A stretch of DNA of 64,000 nucleotides from Oculina patagonica (Eukaryota), in the NCBI RefSeq assembly GCF_052425735.1, contig NC_135761.1, positions 33,480,001 through 33,544,000 on the forward strand, given 5' to 3'. The notes beneath the pieces are model-generated. The model had not been told where the DNA came from. It made no database searches and saw only the letters and a program-made list of their open reading frames with translations. How positions within the stretch are numbered: the stretch's first letter is position 1; each line of letters begins with the position of its first letter. Positions 1-12,870 of this stretch are shown here, piece by piece. The position numbers and the translations under genes are program-made.

Positions 1-493
1 ACGGCGGATATTCAAATATTTTAAATTATCCCATCTTTTGGCGAGCTGTAATCCAGTAATTCAAAGTTTAAATATTTTATCAGCGATCAATTTTTTTTCT
101 TTAAAGCACATTCCCATGGCAACGCAAATAGTTATCCTGTTTTGAACCGTTTGCGGTTATTTTGCCAAGTCAGTTGATCTACATTTGTAAATATTCCTAA
201 TGACAATTAACATGGGGATTGAGGCCATCGGGAGTCAAACCAGCTCAGGACTAGAAAAATGTATCAGGTTTCCGCTGCCTTAGTAGCCACTTCGGACAGT
301 GAATTATAACCAGGAAAGGAACTCAGTCAGCGGATAATCTTACTAGAGCATAATTTTTTTTGTCAACTAAGGTCTGACCTAGTCAATAGGCTAGTAGGTA
401 AAAAGCTAATAAATTAAACAGAATTGCAATACAACAAGGCCAAATTTATTTTAAAAAAATAATGTACCTTTTTATATTTCCTTTTCCTTCCAG

Positions 494-1610
494 GCAAGTA
501 CCGCTGGCAAGCAGCGACTTTGACAGTCGTCAAAAAATCTTTAATTCGTTGAGGGCTGTATTCCCCAATGGCACATTGTCACTTGGGGAATCAGCCAGCA
601 ACAAAATTGTTGCAAAGTACTTCACCCACCTGAAACAAAAATATGTAAACAGTGTGAGTGAAGATGAAAGTCTCAAACGAATATGCTACCAAACCGATTC
701 TCTTGGCAGACAAAGTCATTCCTACTGGCTTCTCTCACCAGAGGTATGTATCATGAATTCATTAATCCCTGCATCGCTCTAATTAAGGGCCACATGTGAG
801 AGCAATAGTACATGTAAGAGTTCTTGACTTTGCAGGCGGCGTTACTGTCTAGAGTGACCTACGACTTGCTGCTTGAAGTCTCAAGACCGTTCAAAAAGCA
901 TGAGTTGAAAGGAAAGAAACAAGAGAAGCTGTCGAGAAAAAAAGGCAACAAAATTGACAAAAAACGAGGTATGTTTCAATAACTTGAAAATGTCACGTTC
1001 TCGATGTGATTTATTGCTCCGAGTAAAGAAACTGTCAAACAGTTTCATCTTATTTTAGAATCATCATTAATAAATAGAAAAGGAGATATTTTTGTTATTT
1101 AAAGCATCGCATATTTTTACATCATTATCCATTCGAAAATAACAAAAAGAATTGTCACACACTTTATAATTAAATTGCAAAACATTTGGGACGATTTTTA
1201 TGTAAGGTTAAAATTTTCAGCATTTATTCAATATTGTAAATCATCCAACCATAAACAGGTGAACACATGAACCTGTCAAAAATTTACCAATTTGATTGGT
1301 TAATTTTTGACAGGTTCACGTGTTTACAGTTAGATGATTTACAATGTTTAAATTGAATTTGAACGTTTGAAACGAACCAGCAACAAAAGATGACTTGATG
1401 CAGAAAGTCATCAGCAAGCAAGTTTCTCTTAAAGAAATGAGGAAGTCAGCAGATCGTCTTAAGCACAAGGCAAAAGTGGTTAAGGCATTTCTTAAATTCA
1501 CAGGCGAAAAAGATTAGGAAAGCCTTCATGCCAGATTCCCCTAGCACGCCACTGAAGAAAAAATGGCACAGTTCAATGGCAAGGCGTTGGAAAGAGGTGT
1601 TGTGCTGCCC
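494..1610 (+). pseudogene. Three-exon remnant of an uncharacterised protein gene (exons ~494-743, 836-968, 1314-1610)
   Basis: AG acceptors at 492-493, 834-835 and 1312-1313, with GTATGT/GTAAGT donors. Exons 1 and 2 join in frame (...WLLSPE|AALLSRVTYDLLLEVSRPFKK). Exon 3 reads DDLMQKVISKQVSLKEMRK...FTGEKD*ESLHARFP*HATEE, with stops. Confidence 0.5.
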
Positions 1611-1927
1611 GTAAGTACACAATAACTTTGAAACTGAGACCATTAATAGAGAGGACAGTTCGTCTGCGAAATATCATAATTTGAATTTGATGGACAACTA
1701 ACCAAGGCATGTATAACGAGTTCTCTTTTGGGCACTGTAACTGATTTTTGCGATTTTATACAAGTATTGTGATAAATGTCAGTCATCATTTTGTTTTAGA
1801 ACAGATAATTAAATATACATTCCTTAAAAATATGCAGGGAAATGCCCATCTCATGAGTTCAATCTTGTTTTTATAAGAATGTATATATTTTTCTATTCGA
1901 TTTATTTTTTTCTGTGATTATTAAATA

Positions 1928-2230
1928 AGGAAAAGGAGAAGCCACGAGCCAAGCGGCCCACACTGCAGGAGCTTATCTCGGTTTCCGTAGCATTAAGTGG
2001 CTAGGAATATTTCTACTCCCCCCTGAATGGGATGCTAGCCCATTGCAGGGTTCCCCCCCCCCCAGCATTATGTCGCCGGTACCCATTTATACACCTTCGT
2101 GGAGAGAGGTACTATGAGAGTTAAGTGTCTTGCCCAAGAACACAACACAAGTGACGCCGGCCGGGGCTCGAACTCGGACCGCTCGATCCAGAGTCCGGTA
2201 CTCTAACCATTAGGCCACCGCGCCTAAGGT
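1928..2230 (-). mobile_element. tRNA-derived SINE, full length
   Basis: Minus strand has A box TGGCCTAATGG, B box GAGTTCGAGCC and a CORE-like central segment (gtgttcttgggcaagacacttaactc...aaatgggtacc). An 11-bp target-site duplication ATTATTAAATA lies at 1917-1927 and 2231-2241. Confidence 0.9.
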
Positions 2231-2651
2231 ATTATTAAATACTGTACATTAAATTTTGTGCTTTATACTGATGACGTAAAAAACTTAATTGAAAATTTCA
2301 ATTTCAATGGCACAAACCATTGCAAACTGGATCGGAAAACGCAGGAATAGATTGTCGGAAAGCTCTTGCGCCGGACTATAAAAAGTCAAAAAATTGTTCA
2401 GAAAGCTCAAACAACGAAATCAAGCTTGAGGCATCAACCGATGAGAAAATGACCACTCTGGATCTTACTGAATGAATTACTGAAAAATTACAACTTTTTT
2501 TGCTTAAGTAGAAAAACTAGACAGTATCGAGACGTCTATAAGAAATATCGAGTCCTCCCTGGCCTCCCCGGAATAAAGGATAAAGAAATTGGAAGACTTC
2601 GAGAAACTTAACAAACGATGCAGCAACGCAGAAACACAATGTAAAAAGAAA

Positions 2652-3085
2652 CTTGAGAAACTTTCCAAGGCACAGGGTGCTATGAAGGAATTGATATTTA
2701 TGTCAATCTTGCCAGCTGCATCTTCCCTTCTTGGTCTGTGCTAGCTCAAGATGACTTCCACATACAGTGAAAACCTTGCCTTGTTTACACTCGGTATTTG
2801 TCTGCCATCTGTAGGAAAGAATCAGTGATTCTCAATCGGGTGAAAGCAGCCTGTTTCCTTCATGATATCAAGTCGGGGACTTGTCTGCTATTAGACAAGT
2901 TCCGAAGTTGGTCTTTGCCATCATCTCATTCAATACCATGGTGTTGGCCTTTTGATGAAGGAAGAGATGGAGGACACTCTACGTCACATCCATTTGGAGA
3001 GAGAGTGTGGCACACTCTGTCGTTTGTTCTATGGAGATTAGCTCTACATAAACAGCGGGAGCAGTAGCTTGAGGCAAGAAATCGA
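2652..3085 (+). pseudogene. Partial copy of DUF3987/YfjI-like NTPase gene (paralog of 13022-13460)
   Basis: Nucleotide near-duplicate of 13022-13460. Translation includes CLPSVGKNQ* (Walker A region) and GVGLLMKEE (Walker B region), with stops and frameshifts. Confidence 0.6.
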
Positions 3086-3152
3086 GTTATCATCAAAGTA
3101 CGAGTGGCGCTCAGTACTCTTATATGACAATGAGTTTCGTAAGTTACAGGCT
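3084..3152 (+). mobile_element. Possible DIRS/Ngaro gag scrap
   Basis: ELSSKYEWRSVLLYDNEFRKLQA fits the W-x-x-V-x-x-YD-x-x-FR motif of tyrosine-recombinase retrotransposon gag. Very short. Confidence 0.35.
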
Positions 3153-3724
3153 AGAAACGAAAAATCTGAGACACCGTTTTTTAGAGCAATATATGTAGAT
3201 CAAATTCCACATAAAAGTTTAGGCTCTCACGGAAATGTGTTCCTCTCACGGAAATGTGTTCTCAAATAAACCTAAAGTTGTGCAACATCATAATTGCAAA
3301 CAAAATGCTGACGTTGCATATTATGGTCTATATGATGCAAACAAAATCCACAGTTAGAATCTTTATTCAGTAAGCTTTCAGAAAGTATATACTTTATTGG
3401 GGTTACCATTGATGGTTTGCACACAATTTGACTTAGAACGAAAATGCCAATTTTCCTTCCGTGATACCTTAATGCAATGGTTCTACATTACTATTCGCAC
3501 TGCATAAATTATCGATATAGCATATAAGTGGCACAGATTATGAATAAATTGTCATTGCTCAAGTGCATCGTCTCCGGAACATGCCTGTGCCTTTCGTCGA
3601 ATTTTCATCGGAAACTGTGTGTATGTCATTGCTTTTCCCGTATTAATGGTTTTCCCAGTTTAATGGTAAACATGTTTGAGTTTTCGCCCGCCACCCTTGC
3701 ATCAGGAGCGCGGTCAAAAGCACG

Positions 3725-4005
3725 GTAAGCCTGGCAAAACCCGGCCTGGCCGGGCTTTCCGGCCTTTATGCCACGCTTGCCAGGAAAGCGTGGCCAAGAA
3801 AAGTGTGGCAACCATGGCCAAGGCCAGGCTTTCATGGCCTCCCTGGCCATTAAAGGCCGGCTTTCCTGGCTATGAAAGTTTTATGCCCTTTTATGCCAGA
3901 CTTGCCAGGAAAGCGCGGCCCTTCGAAAAGTGTGGTAAGCTCGGCCAAAGTTGGGCTTTCATGCCCCCCTTGGCCACAAAACCTGGCTTTCCTAGTTTTA
4001 AAAGT
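3725..4005. repeat. GC-rich degenerate tandem repeat, ~124-bp unit, ~2.3 copies
   Basis: ttatgcca..cttgccaggaaagcg..gaaaagtgtgg..ggccaa..ggctttcatg..tggcca..ggctttcct recurs at ~3766 and ~3891. Confidence 0.75.
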
Positions 4006-4840
4006 TCCATGACCATTTTTTAATAATGGCTTTCCTAATGGGAAACCAATGGTCAGAAGCCCCACAGACAAAGTCAAAATAGTGGTCAATTAAAATATTA
4101 AAAGTCAAGGACTAAGTGTCACATCAAAACTGTAGTTTTAGCAAAGGATATATTCAGGATATATTTTCCAGTTTAATATTTACTAGAAAAGGTTATCTCT
4201 ATTTAATATTCTCTGTGACTGAATGGGCTGTTATGCTGCATGAAATGCCAATTTAAAATGGGAAATAAATTTTTTGCTTTCTGGGAGTTCCAAGAAATTC
4301 TTGGGATTTCTATAGGAGCTAATATTTTCAAATTAAATACTCAACTCGTGTATTCAAATGAATACCAATTTTAAGCCTAATGGATTTCTGTCATTGAATT
4401 TTTGGAAATTCTAAACTCAAACACTTAAAATAAAAAATGAGCATTATTTCACAGCAAAAACATTGCTTACCGAGATTGAGATAACAAATTTTAGACTGCA
4501 GAGTCCATTTTGCATTCTCACCAGTATCGCCTGCATCGCAAATGAAGTAAGGAATTCCACCCTTCGAATTCTCGAAAACCTTGGCGGATAAACTGACCAC
4601 TCGATGTGTGTTCCATTCTCACCATTTATTTCTTTGTAAACCTTGAATACTTCACAAGAATGACATTACAACAAACAGAAAGCTTTGATTGATTCCTGTG
4701 ACTGCACCGCCATTACCATTGAGACCGCAGTTCAACCCTCCAGCGGACTTTTGTTGAGAAACCGGTAAGTACGTAGTGTAGTCATCATATAGTGGTTTGA
4801 CTAAATTCTATATAGGGATATTAAAAGAGGGGATACAGAG

Positions 4841-5400
4841 CCCTACGTAGCTATACACGGCTATACATAGCTATATACGGCTATAAATAGCCCTACATAG
4901 CCCTACATAACCGTACATAGCCCTACATAGCCCTACATAGCCCTACATAGCCATACATAGCCGTACATAGCCGTACATAGCCGTACATAGCCGTACATAG
5001 CCGTACATAGCCCTACATAGCCGTACATAGCCCTACATAACCGTACATAGCCCTACATAGCCGTACATAGCCCTACATAGCCCTACATAGCCCTACATAA
5101 CCGTACATAGCCCTACATAGCCCTACATAACCGTACATAGCCCTACATAGCCCTACATAGCCGTACATAGCCGTACATAGCCGTACATAGCCCTACATAA
5201 CCGTACATAGCCCTACATAGCCCTACATAGCCCTACATAGCCCTACATAACCGTACATAGCCCTACATAGCCCTACATAGCCATACATAGCCCTACATAG
5301 CCGTACATAGCCCTACATAGCAATACATAGCCGTACATAGCTCTACATAGCTATACATAGCCCTACATAGCCCTACACAGCTATACATAGCCTTACATAG
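4841..5400. repeat. 10-bp minisatellite (CCSTACATAG), 56 units
   Basis: Uninterrupted 10-bp period with degenerate units at both edges. Related degenerate units occur at ~6010-6215. Confidence 0.98.
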
Positions 5401-5731
5401 CTGATGACTGGGTGGTGCATGTAACAGTCTGTCACTTGATCTCACGGAGTATCTTAGAGTGATTTTATTTAACCCGTGAAACAACATCTAACAATTAGTG
5501 CTAAAAAGTGAAAACTAAACAAAAGAAAACAATGGAATAAGTGTCTAAAAGTATATATTTGAGTAGTAACTATGCGAGTTTGGAAGACATAGCTTTAGGC
5601 TAAGCAGAGTATATATTGTAAACAAATTAGTCAATAACAGTCCTATGTAACTTTCAGCGAAAACAGCTCACGTTGTTTTTTAGAAAAGCAAAATAAAGGA
5701 GGTAAGCCAGTTTGAGTATTGCTGTTGACAG

Positions 5732-5860
5732 CAACAACAACAACAACTTTATTTGCACCTATTCATTCAATTATTAGCAAAACAATAAATAAAATAAATA
5801 GAGTTAAGTGCATGGCTGCCCAGAATAACCACGATTGGCTAACAAGATTGGGCAGCCATA
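5732..5860 (-). mobile_element. 3' end of an L2/CR1-type LINE or SINE
   Basis: Minus strand ends AATAAA followed by a (GTT)n tail. An 11-bp stem ATGGCTGCCCA/TGGGCAGCCAT (5812-5822/5849-5859) precedes it. Confidence 0.6.
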
Positions 5861-7972
5861 CTTAGTTTTTATCACAATAATTTATAAAAAGGTCAGGTAT
5901 ACAGCCCGTTCCTCTGTAAAGACTGTGTAGTTGTACAGTGAGCAGAAAGATGTGTTGTACAATGGGAGGCTCTACATAGATTAAGAACTATATTTTACAT
6001 GGATAGAAGCTATACACAGCTACACAGCTACACATAGCCGTAATAGCAGCACTCAGCTGTACATCATGATACATGGCCATAGCGGCGAGCGAAAGATAAA
6101 GGAAAGGAACCACTGGTCATTTTTTTTCCTCTCGCCGTTCTTTGCGTTGATTCACAACAGGCTACGCAATGTACGGCTATGTGTAGCTATGTGTAGTTGT
6201 GTACAACTACACATAGAGTGAGAAATTGAAGGAGCATTAGTGAGACCCAGAGGAGTAACTTCTAGAGGTGTCTGGGGGTATATCCCCCCCCCCCCCAAAA
6301 AAAAAGAAATAATATTAAAAATGTAAGTTTGGAGAGAAGCAATTTCCTTCATTATGGGCAAGCATTTGTTGTTTTCTGCAACTCTTCCCTACTCGAATAG
6401 CGTTCATCTCTACCAAAGCACAGCTGAAAGAATAACTTTATTTAAATTAATAAGACTTTTTCATAAAGTTGTAGTATTTAAAAAAGCGTGATTTTTTGTC
6501 TGAATGGCGTGGTTGCGTGAGATTTGGTAAAAAAAAAAGAGCGAGTCTCACGCCAACAGCGTTAGACTTGGCATCTACCTACTAATTTTAGCTATTTTTT
6601 ATGAGCAAGATTTTGCGACTATTAAATTTAGCGATTTTCCCTTGAAAATCCCATTCTCCTCTACATTTTTCTGTAAATTTTGAAGTTTGAAGTAAGACTT
6701 GAACTCTCTTGTTTTTTAAACTGGACATACACTGTAAAGTAGGAGACAATGTTTGAAGGATAAGGTAACTGTCTAACCTTATGTTTGTTTTATTGTACAG
6801 GAAAAAGGAAAAGACCAAGAAAATAATAATTAAAAAATAATTCACAGGCAAAGACATGTCAAATTCCTTCAGTTGGAATTATAGTCTCTGCTACCTTGTA
6901 GACACATATGTTCTAGTAACGTAAGAGCAAAATTAATTGTGATGATTTAAAAAGGTCATTATTTATGTTAGGTCACTTTATAGGCTTTCAATTTCGTGTA
7001 AAAAAGATTATCATTACAAAAAAACATTTCAAGAAAGCATTTAGAAATGAATCATTTAAGACCTTTTACATTTAAATTTGTTGGAAGATTTTGAACAGGC
7101 AAAAAATCCACCATCACAGAATTTTCAATTTCAGATTTTTAAATTTTCATACATATTGAACGTTGGTGCATATGGAAGGTCTGTTACTTAGTTTTTTTTT
7201 TTTCCATTCAGTGTACTTGTGTTTAGTGATCGCAATCACTTAGCTGCTAGAATAATATTTGTCCAGTGCAGTTCTATACATTTTCTAAAGCACTCAGGAC
7301 AGTGTGGCCACCTTTAAGTCACGTCGCATCTAGTTACACACCCTTCAAGAATGTAACATAATTATGTGATGGTGGAATTGCCTGTAATTTATATACAATC
7401 AATGGAAATATTACACCATACACTTTGCTTAAAACTAAAAATAAGTGGACTTGGTGTCTATGATGTTACTGTTAGTTACAATGTCATAAGTTTTGCCCAG
7501 ACCCAACAGAAAGGGTTGTGACTAGTTTTGTTATATTGAATGTTGATGTTCGATACATAGGAGTTATAAATTGAACGTAAATATTAGTTCATACAAATTA
7601 AAATAATGATTAAATTTTGTTAGAATTTATTATATCACTTAGATTTTAAAGAAAAGATTATATTAACGGTATGAAATGTTACCATGCATGTTTAGTCGAA
7701 TAAGTGGAACCCCCCAAATAATCGAGTTAATACAGTGGTACAACTACAAAAGATAAGAAGTATTTGGAATACGTTCTAGGCTTTTATCATGCAAAACAAT
7801 TCATGGGTTGAGTGGTAACATGGTTTGCCAGGGATCCCATAAATACTCGTGTATTAACCATTGATTTAACGACTTGAACTCAAATCGTATTCTGTCAGCA
7901 ACGAGGATTAAACGAGGGTCTCAGAACAAGGATTAATTCTCGTTTTGTATTTTACAATGTATAATCGGAGTA

Positions 7973-8165
7973 CAGTAGAACCCCGTTAATACGGACACCA
8001 AGGGGACAGGCCAAATTGTCCGTATTAACGGGGCTGTCCGTATTAAGCGGGGTCTCAGGAAAAAGTCGCGGATACATGTTTTATCGACACAAAGACAAAG
8101 GCAAACCATCATGCGTTTTTACAGCAACAAAACGTTGTTTTAAATTGTACTGTTACCGTAACAGA
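7973..8165 (+). mobile_element. One end of a pogo/Tigger-like MITE (same family as 55070-55667)
   Basis: TA|CAGTAGAACCCCGTTAATACGGACACC... nearly identical to the left end at 55070. No right TIR found. Confidence 0.85.
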
Positions 8166-8429
8166 TGCCAACTGTGAACCCTGACAGAAATGAATAGTTT
8201 TTACGAAAACCTTATGATCTAGTCATACTTCGAACTAAACTTTATTAAACTCAACAAAAAGTTGTAAAATCTGTTAGAAAAAATGTAAATTTAAACGTTT
8301 GAGAAATTGTAAATCCACTTCGATTATTAATATAAAAAAGCTGAAATCACAGAATTGACAAGTCCCCTCGTTTAATACTAAAGCACCTGTTACTCCAATA
8401 CGAAAAATATCTTCCCTCCCCTCCTGGGT

Positions 8430-8865
8430 CAATATAACAAAAATTATATCCTTCTATTAGGTCAACATCATTCAAGAACTCACAGTCGCACTCACGAAAG
8501 TGCAGTCCAACGACGTAAGTCCAACAAGACTTTCTCTTTTTTATGTGGTACCAGAAAATATTCATACACAGCCCCACTATGCAGGGAATTTCAGACAAGA
8601 CCCCACCTCTCCAGAATTTCCTTTTTTGTGAAGAAAGATAAACCCCCTCCCCTCTACAATTTTCCAAAAAAACACCAAAATAACAAAATTTATATCCTTC
8701 TATCAGATCAACGCTGTACAAGAACTCACAGTCACAATCTTGACAGTGCGGTTCAACAACATAAGTCCATCAAGACTTTGAATTCTTTTTTTTTTTTTTT
8801 GTGGTTCCAGAAAATATTCATACATACCTCCACTATGCAGAGAATTTAACACCCCACCTCTCCAG
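8430..8865. repeat. Degenerate tandem duplication (~245-bp unit) containing a 54-bp exon-like segment and a MITE end
   Basis: taacaaaa.ttatatccttctat.ag...caagaactcacagtc...gtgg.tccagaaaatattcatac is seen twice (~8435 and ~8681). Confidence 0.75.
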
Positions 8866-9278
8866 TAACAGAACAACTATGCTAGCAACATCTCTAATTA
8901 AGATAGTAAATGGAAATTATCTAATTCTCGCACCCCACATGTTTTTTTTTCTCCAACTAGATGACACTAAATTGACAGAAAGAATTTTTTTTTGCAAAGC
9001 AATTTTGGGGTCTTAATCTGTGTCACAATGAAAAATTCAAAAGCTCACAGTCTCACAGAGAAAAATGCTAGTGTTGCAATCTTGCAAACACTCAAATTTT
9101 GTGCTTTCCAAATAAATAACAGGCACTCTACAATAGTTTCTGTGTGATCTTAAAAAAAAACCAACTATCCCAAGCCAATTTATATACATGTATATAAATT
9201 TTTAATATCATACAGTTGTCATACTGGGAACAATTGAACCAGTCAACCTTTAAATTCGCCCGTTGACAATCTTTGACA

Positions 9279-9495
9279 ATCTTAAAAGAATTCGAAGCAT
9301 TCCGAATGAATAGGCTATTGAAAAGTTGTTTTTGAAAGTTTGTTTGCATCTAATCAAATTTTAAAAGAATTAAAAGCATTCTGAATGAACAGTGCTATTG
9401 AAAAGTTGTTTCTGAAAGTTTGTTTGCATCTAATCGAATCTTAAAAGAATTAGAAGCATTTTGAATGAATAGGCTATTGAAAAGTTGTTTCTGAA
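9279..9495. repeat. ~79-bp tandem repeat, ~2.7 copies
   Basis: aatcttaaaagaatt..aagcatt..gaatgaataggctattgaaaagttgttt.tgaaagtttgtttgcatctaatc is repeated. Confidence 0.9.
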
Positions 9496-10589
9496 CAAAA
9501 TGTTTTTCAGTTTTCAAGTCAATAACAAGACTGCTTTGTGGCTTTAAAATAACAAACCTATAATTATTACAACTATATGAACACAAAATCTCATCAGTTG
9601 TTCTCTTCTGGCGTGTTGGTTAGAGCTCGGCGGCATTTGCATTAGCTGTACCTCTCAACATTTTTGATGAAATCATGGCCAAAGACAAGGTTGACTTTTG
9701 CTGGGACACGAAATGTGCGTTGAACGGCACGCAACAGCCAGTTTTGCGAAAAACAATAGATCCTCTGCCACCTGCAAGCTTGGCAGCTGGAGATAAAGTG
9801 AGAGTCAAGTTTTCCGGGCGGTGGTGCAACGCCTTCGTGGTAACACCGTGGAGTAAAGGTCACAGTAGTCTATCCCAAACCTAAACATGACCACGCTCGT
9901 AATTATTTTTATGAAAGTAAATAATTATAATTGCTTTCTTTTCATCTTGAAAACAATCACTGATTCACATCTAGTTAGGTCAATCAGGGTCACCCAACAA
10001 GAAAATGTTATTATAGGTGTTGGAACAAAAAGGCTAAGAAAAGTGCATCTTTTACGGATACGCTAGCTGAACTTTCAAACTTAAGAAAATTTAAGAGTAT
10101 GAGATATTACTCTAATTAACCTGCTGCTGTTGCGTTCTTAAGAATCGTGGCTGGCCTTTTTTCATGGCCAAAAAGGCATTGTTCTCTCTCCAAAAAGTAG
10201 GCATTACTTTTCCCATGTCACGAAAGTTGGAGCTGTAGAAATCTCCATTTAATCATCAAACTTTAATGAGAAAATCGTAGGCCATTATAGGTCTTCTGAA
10301 CAGATATGGTGCCTGAATCAATCAAGAAACACTCAGCCAATGACATTTGTTTCAAATTTGCACATTTTTTAACTACACCAAGTTGATTAGTCACTCTCGA
10401 ATTCAATTTAACAGTGGAAGCTAACACAAAGGCCAGTCAGGCTGTAGCTACTAGAGAAGCAGGGGACATTCCATCCATTCCTGAGTCAATTCTTCAAAAA
10501 GAAGAAGGAGAATGTACTCTACCAGAAGCACCTAGCAGAAAAGGCCCAGAGGAAATTGGAATGGCTTTCGATTTGTCTGGGCAGTAGTG

Positions 10590-11115
10590 AAAAAGGGGCA
10601 TGCGGGAATGCTGTAAAAGAATTGAGATTTGGCGAAAGAGAGAGTGAGAAAGTGAAAAAAGGAAAAGGAAAAGGAAAGCAAGAAAGGAGAGGACGAAAGT
10701 AGAGATAGAGGAGAGGAGAGGGAAAAGGAAGGGGGAATGATAGAGGATGGGAAGACGGGAGGGGGAGCAAAGAATATGGAAAATGGAAGAGGAAAATGGG
10801 GGAGGAAGAAAAAAAGGACGAGAAGAGGAAAAGAGGAGTTGAAAGGGAGGGAAAAAGAAGGACGAGAAAAGAAAGAAAAAAGCAAAGGGAGAAGTTGGAA
10901 GTGAGGAAAGGGGATGAGTTGGAAGGGAAAAGAGAGAGAAGTTGGAAAGGAGGGAACGGGAGGAGTTGGAAAGAAAGGAAAGAGAAGAGGAGAAAAGGAA
11001 GAGAAAAAGCAAAGGGAGGAGTTGGAAAGGCAGGAGAGAGAGAGAAAGGAAATTGAAAAAGGAACGGGAACAGTGAAGGAAAGAGTTGGAAAGATGGAAG
11101 CAGGAGAAGGGAAAT
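10590..11115 (+). repeat. Purine-rich (G/A) low-complexity tract
   Basis: Almost only A/G on the + strand with recurring gagttggaaag. It generates spurious F/L/S/P-rich ORFs on the minus strand. Confidence 0.85.
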
Positions 11116-12870
11116 GGGTTGGCCCGGACTCTTGGACATCTACCTCGACGACTGGGATTTTCTAGATCCAGGAGCTTTCTGTCGCCGGAAAGGCATGTCT
11201 TCGAGGTAACTTTACTTTGTTTATAATTAATTTAATCTGAGTTGAGGTGTAATGGTTTTAATATGCTTTAGTTTTAAATTTCTTAATATTTTTTTTTCTT
11301 GTTGTCTTACAGGCCACAGTCAACTGCTCCTTGTTTACTAATTTTATTATTTTCTCTTCCACTAGAGATGGTCATGGAACAATTCCCTCCAAATGTGGAC
11401 GCTGGAAAGAACGAAGAGAGTATCTGGAGGGATATCTGTAAAAAATAGACTCTTAATGCCAAGGGAAGAAATATTTTGGTTTTTTACAGCAATAAAAACA
11501 AACACTGATGATGAAGACTCGGATGATGATCGAACAGATCGAAAACATTTAACATCAATTTTAACAGCTTTTACCTTAAGTTTATTTTTAACCTTTATCG
11601 GCGAAATGTATATAAAAACAAACATGTTTTCAGTGAGGTGGTTTGTCTATTATACCGCATTGCAGTTTACATTCTGCTTTACTAAGTCCGCTAAGGTAAT
11701 TTGACAAGTAGAAAAATATTAAAGAATGCCTGGCCCAATTGCACTGATTGCAGTTTGCTTCCTATTTTCTTCAGGCTAGACCTAAAAATGATAGGATTTT
11801 CCTGATTTTATTTCATTTTCTTATATTCCAAAACTAGAGCAAGAATATCAGGTCATCGTTTTGTAACTTATTTAAACAAATTTGGACAAAACCCTGGTAG
11901 AAGTGCAAAGGTGCGAGATTTAAAGTTATTTCTGAGGTATTAGGACCTAGCTATAACACCATGTTGCAGTACTAGAAAACATGACAAATGGCCGTGCGAC
12001 AAGTTTTTTCCGTGCACTGCAATGACCACGGAAGTGAAAATATCCCAGGAATGTTCAAAACAGAGTTTGTTTGACAATTCGACAGTGTATGCTAAAAATA
12101 CAGTGATTGCCTTGATTAAATTGTGGTTATAATGTAGTCCCCTTTTGAGAGCCTTTTAAAGCACCTTACCTCATGACTATCAGACGACTGAAAAGAACAC
12201 ACAACTAGACATGGGACAGTGCAACTTCATCCACAAGCTGGCAGGAATCATCCACAGACAATGATCAGATACATCCCATAGATATAGCTCTTGAGGCTTT
12301 TAAACACCCAAAGTTGGGACTTAGTAAGATAGAATCTGTGGCATGTATTTACTGCACAGAGTATGTGCCATATGATCCGCATGACAACAGGGTACACCCA
12401 TTTCAACAACAGTTTCAAAATACTTATGAAGGTACGTAGGAGAGAAAATTCCTTAACCTGTATCAAGAATTAAAGGATCCATTTTATTTTATTTCTATAT
12501 ATATTTTGTATTTCCCCAGTTCTGAAGATATCGACCAATGCTATGGAATAGATGAGAACAGAACTAAGTCCTTGACCATAAGTTCTTTGACTGAACCTGC
12601 CCTAGATGTGAAAAAGAAAATATATATTGTATTTAGCAGTATTTTGCTTGAAGTGGACCTCGTGTTGGTATTGATGTCATTTTGAAATTTGCTCGCTAGC
12701 CTGGGGACCACACCTGGAGAATGATATTTAAATCTTGTTCCCAGGGCTGCCCTGAAAAAAAAGAAAACAGTGGTCCTGGAAATAATAGTACTGGGGGCTT
12801 CTGGGATTGAAGGATGTTATAATTGTATATCCTTTTCAAAGAGCGGGAATTCTCCCACCAAATTTTTAAA

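Noticed and set aside
4841-5400. CRISPR array or coding repeat
   Set aside because: Contiguous 10-bp units with no unique spacers, no cas genes and a eukaryotic context.
10494-11165. Long F/L/S/P-rich and K/R/E-rich ORFs as real genes
   Set aside because: Stop-poor by composition of a purine/pyrimidine tract; several overlapping frames are open and none has domain features.
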